From positions 51,586,001 through 51,650,000 of the forward strand of contig NC_087436.1 in the NCBI RefSeq assembly GCF_036321535.1: 64,000 bases of DNA, in the 5' to 3' direction. Both the position numbers and the translations under genes were made by a program. The notes under the pieces were generated by a model. The model had not been told where the DNA came from and did no database searches. It saw only the letters and a program-made list of their open reading frames with translations. This document shows, one piece after another, positions 14,215-25,900 of the stretch (its first letter is position 1; each line of letters starts with the position of its first letter). Source of the DNA: Camelus dromedarius. Taxonomy: Eukaryota.

Positions 14215-14405
14215 CCATAGTTAAGGGTACCAAAGTGCACGAGTGCCCAATATGTGCCAACAACTGTTCTGGTGTTTTACAAGCATTCATTTCTTTTCAT
14301 GTCATAGTATCCATGAACAAGCACTCTTATCCCATTTTGCACTTGTGGCGACTGAGGCACTGAGAAAGTAAATACCTTGCCAGAGCTCACGTATCTGTGC
14401 TAGTA
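14215..14405. mobile_element. MIR SINE
   Basis: ATGTGCCAACAACTGTTCT...TTATCCCATTTTGC...ACTGAGGCACTGAGAAAGTAAATACCTTGCC. Confidence 0.7.
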
Positions 14406-14748
14406 AGAACTGCAATAGCAGCAGCAGCCAGTAGCATTAACGACAAGGGCTATTAAACTGGTAAAACCACCGAATGTGAATAAACAGTAATGGGACTTTC
14501 TTCTTTGTTTTGCTGTTAAAACAACAGTGAATTCCAGAGAGATGTTCCAATAATGAATAAGCATATATCTTACCAAGGATGCCTACCAAAGGTAACACTG
14601 ATAACACATTTAATAAAAACTATTTTTTCATGGTTATATCCAGTGTTTTAATAAGGCTGATGGTACACAAAGGTTTGATGGACAGGGTTCTATCTGTGGC
14701 ATTCATGTTATTCTTTTCTCTTATTGAGTCCACATGTGTTTAGAAATC

Positions 14749-15269
14749 TGTATTAGTTTTCTATTGGTACTGTAAAAAATTACAACAAACTTAGTGGCTT
14801 AAAAGCCACAAAAATGTATTATCTTACAGTACTGGAAGTTAGAAGTCTGAAATGAGTCTCACTAGGCTAAAATCGAGACAACAGCAGGCAGGGCTATGTT
14901 CCTTCTGGAGGCCTTAGGGAAGAGTCCATTTTCTTGCATTTTCCAGCTTCTAGAAGCCAGCCACAGTTCTTGGCTCATGCCCCATTCCTCCATCTTCAAG
15001 CCAGCAGCACTGGGCTGAGTCCTTCTCATGCTACCATGTCTCTGGCAGCAGGAGACATGCTGCCTCTTCTTTCACTTAAAAGGACCCTTGTGAATATATT
15101 GGGACACCTGGATAATCCATGCAACTCTCCCCATCTCAAGGTAAACTGCTGAGTAATCTTAATTTCATCTGTAACCTTAATTCTTTTTTGCCGCGTAACT
15201 AACAAATTCACAGGTTTGAGGATTACGTTGTCGATATCTTTGGGGAGAGCCATTATTCTGTCTACCACA
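14749..15269 (-). mobile_element. MLT1D-like MaLR solo LTR
   Basis: TGTATTAGTTTTCTATTG...AAACTTAGTGGCTTAAAA...CCATTATTCTGTCTACCACA, with a near TSD AAATC/ACATC. Confidence 0.85.
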
Positions 15270-16004
15270 ACATCTGAATACTGCTTTCAGCTCTGGTTCC
15301 TTCTCTCCCCTTCCTAAAGCCTTCTGAGGTAAGACAGACACATGTGCGTGTTTGCTTTCTGCTTCTCCTCACGTAGTGTTTGTGGAATAACCCTGATTAA
15401 ATAGCTTAAATGACCATTGTTTAGATTTCTCATTGAGTCAAAGCAAATGATACATTAGAAGAATTTTCTAAGAGTCAGTTAGTAGGGGGTTTCAACATTC
15501 CTTTGAGGATGCAAAGTATTAGGCAGATGCAAATTACTAGCCTTGAATTCTTAAAAGTACTCTATTGCAGGCATTTTACAGTATATTTTAATCACATCTG
15601 TACTGCAGCTTTGATAATTCTGAATACGCTAACAGCCCTCATTAAGGACTTTTTTTTTTCTAGCATTTCATTGTAGATATTTCACTTCCTGTTACCTCAC
15701 CTCCAAAGACCTTGAAAGTAGCAAAACTTTCTAAATTTTTGTAATTATCAGTGGGAAATTGTGGTTGTCTATTCCATCCCTTATAAAGAAAGTTTCTAAG
15801 TGGATATATTAATAAGTCACAATATCATATTTTATGTTGCACATTTTTCTATTAAAATGACTTTCTACACACATGGCTACTTTTTTGATTGAAAAACCGG
15901 AATTGTTCCTATGGGAGGAATACCTGTCTGACATGGGTGCATAAATGTGTTTGTGTGAGAATGAAACGAGTTCACTTCAGAGAGACACACAGCAGTCAAA
16001 AGGC

Positions 16005-16175
16005 CAAGTGCTGGAGTCAGGCTAACATGGAGTCCAAATTCAGCAAATAATTAACGTCCCTGAGCCTGGATTCCCCGCTTGCTGCATCTGGATAACACCA
16101 CTTATGAAATGGGCTGTTGTGAGAATTAAATGAGATGAAGTATGTAGAGTATTTATCATAGTGCCTACACCTGTA
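16005..16175. mobile_element. MIR SINE
   Basis: CTGGAGTCAG...GGGCTGTTGTGAGAATTAAATGAGATGAAGTATGTA. Confidence 0.65.
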
Positions 16176-17937
16176 AGCTCTAAATCAAACTTGGTTTCAA
16201 CCTTCTAGAAAGTGAAATCTGCCTTCGGAGACAGTGTTTGCCAATAGGTGGGATGCAAGCCCTTGGAGACACAGAGATAGGAAGTCAGGGAGGGAAAGTC
16301 ATTCCTTCAGAATACTTCCCCAATCCTGACTCCTTCAAGGATTAGGTCTCAGTTTGGAGCTCCCGTGACTCCATGAACTCCAACACTCTCAAAAGGAGAG
16401 TGAACCATGTGCCCAAAGCTTCTCCTTAGCTATAACTTTTTCAAAACGATTTGATTTTCAATCTATTTATTTGTATAGTCACTCTCTATTTGTGGCAAGT
16501 GGTAAGATTTTTCATTTATGGTAGTGATACAATGTTTTAAAATATATCATATTTAAGCTAAAAAAAATTTAGCCTAAAGAAAATTTTTTCTTAAACAAGA
16601 GGATAGGTGGTATAGCCAAAAATTGGGGAAGGTCTTATGAAAATGGCTGAAATTTGCAAAACTCTGTCCCAGGAGACTGTACTCATGACTGCATTTTGAA
16701 ATGAGTAGTGACTTTCTGTAACAACAGTTATGCATCAGCAGTCACCCCCAGTAGTCAGAGAAAAACACTCTTAGCTGTTCCTCACCCCTGCTAACTCGTT
16801 CTCATGACTGAATTATTCAGATCTCGGTGGGCTGAGAGGTTTTGAGTCACCTGATGCTAGAATGAAAATAAAAAGAAACAGAGTATTCAGCTTGTCCCAT
16901 CCTATTTTAGTTACATACAGTTCCTGAGGGCTGGAGTCAACTTTCTGTGTATCCCCCTAGCCTAGCATAGGAGATGCAGAATGAATGAAGGAAGGATAAT
17001 TACTCCTGCATAAGAATATAAAAGCATTAGCACACTCTTTGTTGACAAACATCCTCAATCCCAAATGCCTAGAAGGAACAATTTTAATTTCTGTGATGTT
17101 TTTCTTTTAAGATAAGAGATACTAGTTGAATTACCATTGTGAGCCACTTATTCTCCTGAATAATGATGTCATCATCAATATACATAATACCTCCTGGGCA
17201 TCAGAGAGGTTGCATGACTTTCAAAAGGTGAAGGTCCATTAGTGACAGAGCCAGGATTTGATCCTATGCTTATCTGACATCAAGTCCAGTGCTATGAAAA
17301 AGTATTTCCTATGTTCTTAAAAAAAAATTCTTCTTTCTTTATTTTTGGTCCAATTTCGCTTTTAAAAATGTTATATACATACATACACATAAAAATATAT
17401 ACTCAACAGCAATATGTAAACAGGGATAAAGTCTTGGTAGTACAACGAAATAGAATTTTATGTTTCTGCCTTCTATCTTCCAAATTTTCTACAGTGAAAA
17501 CCATCCCCAATAAGTCTTAAAAGAGTTGATAGAGCTAACCTTGTTGTTGTTGTTGCAGGATCGATAAGCATCTTGGAAGTGTTCATTTACATCGTCAATC
17601 TTTAAAAAAAAATACAGCCAGCAACAGTAGGGCATGCTTGGCTACAGAACCCTTTCCAATGATTAACACTATACTCTTCCCACTGTATCATGGTATACTC
17701 AAGGGACTAAAGTGACATAAGAAAATATCTGAGAACAATGGCAATATAACTTACAAAATCTTAAGAAAAATATCCAGGAAAGAGAATCATGATTTAAATG
17801 AAGGTTAAATTATAATCATGATTTTAAATAAGAGTTAAAATTTAAGCAACGTACAGCATGGTGACTAAAGGTAACACATGGTGACTATAGGGAGTGGTAT
17901 TGTATAATTAAAATTGGCTAAGAGAGTATATATATAT

Positions 17938-18350
17938 ATTAATTGAAATATAATTGACTTACATTATGTTCGTTTCAGGTGCACAACTAACTACTTGATA
18001 ACTAAACAATAACAATAATTAAACTACTTGATTTTTCTGTACATTACACAGTGATCATCATGATGAGTCTAGTTACCTTCTGTCGCCATACAAAGCTAGT
18101 ACAATATTATTGACTATATTCCCCTTGCCTGTACATTTCATCTCCATGACATTTATTTTGTAACTAAAAGTTTGTACCTCTTAATCTCTCTCACCTATTT
18201 CACTCATCCCCTTACCCCTGCTCCCCTCTGGCAACCACCTGATTCTTCTCTGTATCTATGACTCTGTTTCAGTTTTATGTTTGTTAATTTGTTTTGTTTT
18301 GTATATAAGTGAAATCACACTGTATTTGTTTTCCTCGGTCTTTCTTTAGG
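17938..18350 (-). mobile_element. L1 3' UTR (L1MA-late/laurasiatherian type), tail-to-tail with a short plus-strand L1 3' fragment at ~17850-17928
   Basis: TTGAAATATAATTGAC...CCCCTCTGGCAACCAC...CTCTGTATCTATGA...ATAAGTGAAATCAC. Confidence 0.8.
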
Positions 18351-21300
18351 TTAATTAAAATAATCTAGTACAGAGGATGATCTATTCTTCTGTCCAACAA
18401 ATCACTGGATTTGTATTTTCTTGTCTTTTTTTGTTTTTCTTTTGTTTTAAAACATTTTACTATAAATTTATACAAGGAGAGAGCACAGTTGAAATATTTA
18501 CAAATGCCACATTAAAATTACATTTGTATGGCTATTTGGTAAAGTGCATACACAAATGGTATATATATAAAAGCTACAATGTTAAACAAGTAAAACTATT
18601 AAAAGTAAACATTGAAAAATAAAAACTAGAAGTACATACATCACTTTTTTCAATTTTTTTAAGTCTTCATTATATATTTTCAATAATGTGCTTGTATTAT
18701 TTTAGAAAAAAGAATAATGAAGAAAAATGATTAAACCTTCTAAATATATATGGAGGATATTAAATTTCATTTGCTTTTAGACCATAATCATACTTTTTCT
18801 CTTTGTCCCAGAAGATATTTTAATTAGCTAAATATTCTAAGTTATCACAAACGGTTATAGAAATCTTAGTAAAAATAACTAAACTTCTTGTTATCAGATT
18901 AAAAGCTAATATAATATTGAGAAATGCCTTAGAATTATCTTTGTGTAAAAGGTTCTGTGGATTTTTAAGATTTTTTTTCATAATCGAAGGCAGTTCATAC
19001 GCAAACCAAATAATTGAAAGAGAAGTCAGAAACCAGGATGGTTATCTAAAGGTAGATATAAGACTCCAAGGATATTCAGAAAAAGCTTCCCCTTTATTTA
19101 GCCTTTGTCATAAACTTAATGGGCTACCCTAATGTCCCTCTTTACAGGAAGCATCTATTAATGCGCTTATCTCTGCTGAATGGATGCCAGAGGTTACCCG
19201 TTCCTTTACATAGCATCCAATCTATTTGAGTAATACAAGTCATTGTCACATTAACGTTGTTTTCCACATGGCCTGTTAAGTTAGTCAACCTCTAAGACAT
19301 ACAATTAATTCTCTGTTTAAATTATTTGCATTTATATCAGTTACTCTTGTTTTAAGTAGAGAAACATTTCAGCAGTAATTTATCTGGGTGACTCTCAACA
19401 GCCCATTTGTTTGGACCAAACATATGTTTCACTGACAAACATTTCTAACATAAACCTGTTTATGGCCATGTAGCCAAGTTGCTCTTAATTTTGGAATGAC
19501 CTGATGAATGAAATCCCAGTAATTAAACAACAGGAGGCCACTTACACAACTTACACGATTACTGACATAGAGGCAGGTTTACACATATCTAACATGTGAA
19601 AATACCTGCAAAATTATTTGCTCAGTTAAAATGCGCACATGCTATTTAAATATCAACCTCAAAACACACACACTCCGAAATATTGTTAGAATTCCCTATG
19701 CGCTTTCCTAGTTCGATTTCATTCACACACTTCACTTTTCCTAACAGAGCATCACCTTCTAATTTTCTTCCCATTTTCTCTAGCACATCCCACAGTCAAA
19801 GGTCCCACTGAATGGTTAGAATGAATCGTAAGGGAATTAAATCAGCAAATTATGTGTGCCCTACTCAGCCTACGGATGCCATTTTCCCTACTCCCTCCCA
19901 CTCACTCAAAATGTGATCAGCAAAGAATCACAACTTTATGTACACAGTGATTTGAACAGTGCTGAGGAAAACATAGTTAAAAGGAGTGCAACTAATCTCT
20001 GGCTGAAAGAACCATCCTCTCAAGAACTCTGCCATTTAACAGGGATAATAACTTTGTGCAAAGAACTTATTTTTCTACGAACGTTGAGATGACAATGCAT
20101 CCCATAATTAAATGTATCTGTGAAACAATGGCTTTGAGGAAACTGAAGATACATTGTTAATTATGTGATTTCTCAGACCATTTTAATGTTGTAATATGCA
20201 TATTCAAAACTTACTTCACCATAGAACACTCTCTCCCAAGGAACATACACTGTACAGAGCAATATGGGCAACACAGTACTAACGGAATAAAGTCCCAGAA
20301 GCGTGAACTCGGGTTTTCCAGGAATTGGCCATCAGGTAAGAGAAGTGTGAGTCACCCTTCACAACGTCCCAGGTGGCCATTCGCCTCCTCAGCTCGCCTT
20401 AGCCGTGACAGCGATCACTACAGAGTATCTACTGTAAGGGACGCTGCAAGTGCTCCTAAATGTTCTTCCGTCATTTCATGGTGAGGCACAGAGAAGTCTT
20501 GTAACAGTTTCCCGAGGTCATACGACTAACTACTAGGTGATGCTTCAAACTCAGAATGAGGTACCTAAGCCTAGATTTTTATATGTACCAGATCAGAACA
20601 TTATTCTAAGAGGTCATATAACAAAATACTACATATGAACATACTCTCTAATGAATCTTCTATATTTTGCTAAGGAGAAGTGGAAATGAACTGTGTGTTA
20701 ACTGCTAACTTCTCAGAAGACTGGCCCACTTAAAAGAAACAGAAAAGCTGTCCCTTTCTTTCCATAATTACAAATGCTTTCTAATACCGGTAGGTTAGTC
20801 AGTACTAGCAATTTGCTTAGGGGGACCTTTCTATTGTTCTGCTGATCCTCGAAGATCTAGCAGTGGAACACTGTATAGATTTATGCCCTATAGAGATTAA
20901 ATTGCTCAGATATAGTTTAAACAATTCTGAATATGTCACTAAAGCTTTATCTATGCAACTATATCAACTGTTATATTTAACTTTGTGATGATATTAGAAA
21001 TGCCTTTATCACAGAAGTTAAGAGACTCTGAGTCAACTATACTATGGTCCAGTTTGTGTGTGTGTGTGTTGTTTTTATCTTGGTGGTGCAGGGGGAGGTG
21101 ATAATATATGATATAGTTGTGAACAAAGACTCCTTCAACAATAAAGAAATGAAAATCAACTACATTTTTATTTTAAAAAATATGATGCCCAAACAGAATT
21201 AAATTCTCAAAGTGGGAAAAATGTTCTTTACCCACTAATTATTTTCCTTGAAGACAATACATAATTCACATATAGTACCATAGCATTTGTTTTCATAACA

Positions 21301-22409
21301 AATCATAGGTTTCATCAAGTTCAGTTTGTAGTGAATACCCAAAGAAACATGAATTTGGGATATTATAGTGTTTAATGTAGTGTTGAGAAAAATTAAACAG
21401 AACTGAAAGAACATTTATACGAGGCTCTCAATCCTGAGATTCCTACGTATGTGACACCAGAAGTGCAGAGAATGAGTCATGTAAACACAGTTCTTCAAAT
21501 AAAAGTGAAAGTTGAATTTCAGCTTATGCTGAATGTAATAATATTTGCCATTTGCTAAACACCTGCTATGAATGCTTCAGGCACTTTACACACAGAATTA
21601 ATTTAATCATCATTATGTTCCTATAAAATAGAAGTGTTACCTATTCCAGAGAAAAAGCACTGGATTTTAGAGAAGTAATCTGCTCAAAGTCACACAACAA
21701 GTAAGTGACGGATCTCCTACCTGAGTCAATACAGATAAGATACAGATATCAGTACAGATAATCAATCCACAAATGTGAATACAACGTGGAGCATTAATTA
21801 TCTTTTAAAATAACATTTATCAATGTTAAATTGGGAAAATGTATAGGAAACAGGTGAGCGATTAGATTAGTTTGGTCTTTAATACAGATAAAAATTTTAA
21901 TAAAGTTTAAACTGAAATTCTATATGTATATCCAAAGATCTATCTTAAATTCCTTTTAAAAGGGCATTATGGGTTTTGTTTTTTCATTTTAACATCTTCT
22001 ACAGTTTAAAACAAACTAATAAAAAGTTAGATATTTTTCCTCCTCAGGTTTTTCAATGCAGAGGTCATATTTTCCAGTTAATGATTCAAGGAACTAATTT
22101 CGTGATAAAATGTTAGCTGGAAAGGCATTTCAAATGTAGAAAGTAATGCTTGTTACATTTGTTCACAGAACCAAAGTTTAACCTTTGTGAGGCTATAACA
22201 TGAGTGAGTGGAAAGTTTCCAGGTTTGTCAATTGATTTAAATAACCCAAGTTACTATATATTTCTTCTGAAACTTAGGACCTTTTATACACAGAATTTTC
22301 TACCCAGATTAATCCAATAGAATATTTAGTAGCATTTAAAGTTGATTCTCCCCAACTCAGTATAAAAATATAATGTAGTTCCAATGAAATGAAAGGCACC
22401 TTTTTGTTG

Positions 22410-22715
22410 GTGCAGATCCAGCAAATAGGAGGTGGCTCACAAGCCAGAAATTCTTGGGGTCCTGACACCAGTGTGTTCCAGGTGCCAACAGCTGGTTCAG
22501 TGCCTTCCTGATTCCCTAGCTTCCTGGTGGTGATAAGATAGCAGTTTCCCCACTGCCACTGCCCACCCTGTCCAGGTGGGCCAGTTAAGAAAATTATTCC
22601 TGGTGGCCCAGCCCAGACTCAAACTCCTCACATAAACTATGTAAATAGTTAAAACTTAATTCCTTATGTTTTCTTTCTACCTAAAACTGCTAGATTGTTT
22701 TCTATTAAATGCCTC
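22410..22715 (+). mobile_element. Old ERVL-type LTR fragment (family uncertain)
   Basis: CTTCCTGATTCCCTAGCTTCCTG...CCTGGTGGCCCAG and LTR-end-like CCTAAAACTGCTAGATTGTTTTCT. Confidence 0.45.
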
Positions 22716-22729
22716 TAAATTACGTGTTA

Positions 22730-23570
22730 CACAACATCTCAAGTGTTTCATGGAAAGGAGGAGACATAGACAAAATAATCTTTAAGTGCAAGAGGAAAAA
22801 TTAAAAACATAAATTATCTATTAATAGCCAAGAAAATTATGGAAAAGAAGATTTCTTGGGAGAACTTTCTTTAGCAGGTAGTGGCTTCGGAATAAACAAA
22901 TACACTAGTGGAACAGAATAGAGAATTCAGAATTCTAGAATATATGAAACTTTGCTATATAGCAATGGTGGTACTTCAAGTCATTTGGAAGAGTAGAGTT
23001 CATTTAATAAAGGTTGATTTCTCAATTACCTGCCCTTATTTAAAAAAAAAAAAACAACTTGAGTTTCAGCCTCATGCTATACACAAAAATAAGTCCCAGG
23101 TATACTATATGCAAGTATAAAAATCAAAACCTTAGAAAAATGTAGAAAATTACATTGGTCATTTAGGAGTTCATAAGACTTCTCCAGCCAAGAAAGGAAA
23201 CAGAGCTATGAAAGAAAATATAAGTATATTTGAGCCACTGAGCATTAAAATATATTCAGTGGCAACAAATACCATAATCAGAATCACTTAGATAAAGATA
23301 AATATTTGTGACATACAAGTTTAAATCTTCAATATGTAATATTAGCCTGCAAATTATTAAGACAAAAGACACAATAGAAGATGAGTAAGTGATAGAAAAA
23401 TACTTGTTAAATTTTAGTTAACATTAAAATAATAGTGAAATATCACTATTAAAACACCTCCTGTGGGTGGGCCTCAATGGACTGAGGGTCTCTAAACTGT
23501 GGGAGGAATTGTGAGTTATGTTAGCATTTTTATGATAGTTATCTGGTGATATTTATAAAACACTATTTCA
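22730..23570 (+). mobile_element. Highly diverged L1 (L1ME-like) ORF2 fragments
   Basis: AATAGCCAAGAAAATT...GGAACAGAATAGAGAATTCAGAA...ATACACAAAAATAAG. Confidence 0.65.
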
Positions 23571-23628
23571 TTTGGGAGAAATAAAATCTTTAACAGATTT
23601 CACTGGGATTTTTTTTGAAAGCTTAGAG

Positions 23629-23951
23629 CAGTGCTATCCAACAGAAAATATACTACAAATCACAAATACAAACCACATGTGTAATTTTAATTTTTCAACA
23701 GCTACGTTACAATAAATAAAAAGAAATAGGTGAAATCAATTACAATAGTATATTTTATTTAATTCAGTAAATTCAAAATACTTTCCAGCATGCAATCAAT
23801 ATGAAATTACTGAGAGATTTTAAATTCTTTTTGTGCTAAATCTTTGAAAACTAGTGTGTTTTCACATTTACAGCACATTTCAATTTGAATCAGCTATATT
23901 TCAAGTGCTGAAGAGCCACATACCTAGTGGATACAGCGCTGGGCAGCACTG
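23629..23951. mobile_element. MER33 hAT-Charlie DNA transposon
   Basis: Terminal inverted repeats CAGTGCTATCCA ... TGGGCAGCACTG, ~320 bp, internal TTTCAAGTGCT...AGCCACAT. Confidence 0.85.
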
Positions 23952-24759
23952 TGTGGTGTTTTTTGCCCATCAGCATACAGAAATTATGTAAGCTTTCACT
24001 AATCTGACATCACAGAACAAATCTGCACTCCACACTCTGGTCAGGGAATACAATTTTGAGCTCACTGTCATTTATTATCAAAATCTTCTATGACACAAGT
24101 AATACGTGACAAGAACTGTCAAAATCTGTAACCACACCAACACGCCTGAACGTATTTTTTTTTAGCCACGTTCAGTTACTTGGATTCAGACAGGAAAAAG
24201 GCAGTTGGACAGACTTATTTGGGGTTGGAGTTTTATCAAGTGGGTACGACAGAAAAAGAGATGGTTGGGAGTTGAAGCATATGCAAACGTGTGACTGTAA
24301 TAGTGATGCATGAATTCCAATTTGGATAAAAAGGAAGAGACGATCAACAGAAAGTAAAGCTATGGAATAATCTAGCATTGAAACAAAGCTTCCATAAAAA
24401 GGAATACAAGTGATTTTCCATTAACATCCATGCGTACAGAGAGAAGGAAGTGAGGAGAGGGAAAGCGAAAGAAGCACGAGAAGAAGAGGAGGAGAGGAGG
24501 TGGAGGAGGCACCCTAGAAACAGGGAAGACAAGGAAGAGAGGGAATGAGGCAGGATAAACACATAAGAAAATCTCTACATTAAAGTGTGTCCCTAATTTA
24601 TGGAACTTGTCTCTGAAAGTTTTCATAGGAGAAAATCCCCTTTGATGAGATGCTATAAGCTTTGGAGAACAATTAAATCCTTTCCTTGATCTACATATTT
24701 TGCAGTGGCTGCTTCCTTTCTACACTCTGGCAGTCATGCTTTCAAAAGTCCCCACACAG

Positions 24760-25900
24760 TGTCCACATCCTCATCTCCCTCCACCCTTCCACTCCCATCC
24801 CCTCCACTAAAGCTACTTACTTTTCTCTCTAAGGGCATCTGTAAGCTTCCTGGTGCCAAATCCAGTGGCTAAATTTCAGTCCTCAATTTTATTTACCTGA
24901 TCTATTCCCAGAATTTGAGCCAGTTCACCACTGCCACCTTCCCCACACATTTTATTTTTGAATTCTTGCCAATATACTCTTTTATGTCCTCCTTTTCTTT
25001 TTAGCCTCTCCTTAATGATATTAGGTAACCACTCCTGCTCTGTCAATGCTTAAATGTTTGTTTTACATAGGTCTTTATCCTGGGTCATCTTTTCTCTCTA
25101 CTTAAGCTCTTTTTCTGTTACCTTATTTACTGATGCAGTTTATATTCTGTATTTCTCCCAGTTTTATATCTCTAGCCAGAACTGCCTTTATGAGCTCCAG
25201 ATCATATGAAATGCTTGCTTGATATTGCTACCTGAGTATTTCTCAGACAGCCCACATATAACGTATCCAAAACTGACACTGGATATTCTCATGCCTGAAC
25301 CACTTCCTACTGCTCCTTCAATCTTTTCCATTGGAGTAAATGGCAACTTTGTTTCCCTCCCAGTTTTCCATGCCACAAACCTAAGACTGATTCTTTACAT
25401 CTCTTTCCCCCTCAGACTCTATATCTACTACTATACCACAAAAAGTGTGTAAGTATTAGTTCTTAATAAACATCCACTTCTCCCTATATCTTACTGGTTG
25501 GTAAACTCAGCTGCTCAAAAACTCCCATTGTTGACCTGTTCCAATTCATTGTACAGCTCAGGTGATCATCTCTCTCTTTTTTTTTTTTTTTCCCAGTTGT
25601 AAACTCTTTATTTTCACCTTGATTGATTTAGAAGGTGATTTAGAAGAATAAGAACCTTTCATGTGATCTAAAAGTAAAAATCCAATCATGTCATGCTTCT
25701 GTTTTAAAACTCTTCAATAGCAACTCATTATACTTCAGGGACTTTTCACACAGATTTATGTAGCTTAGTTTTGGTGTACTTTTCCAGCTGCTGCTTCTAC
25801 AACTCTCCCCCTTGCTCATTATAAGACTGTGAATGTAGCCTTGTCAAAAGTTGAAAAATTTTTATCATCCTGAGTCTTCTTCCTTCACCTACATCATTAC
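24760..25900 (+). mobile_element. L2 LINE remnant, interrupted at 25568-25658 by a small retro-insertion
   Basis: GCCAAATCCAGTGG...TCAGTCCTCA, GAGCTCCAGA, ATCATGTCATGCTTCTGTTTTAAAACTCTTCAAT. Confidence 0.75.

Noticed and set aside
17850..18350. Opposite-orientation L1 pieces suggesting twin-priming inversion
   Set aside because: The pieces meet tail-to-tail and cover overlapping parts of the 3' UTR, which fits two independent insertions better.
21473..21512. AP-1 site near an AAAAGTGAAAGT IRF/PRDM1-like motif
   Set aside because: Only two short motifs in AT-rich DNA next to a MIR-like repeat; not distinguishable from chance without conservation data.
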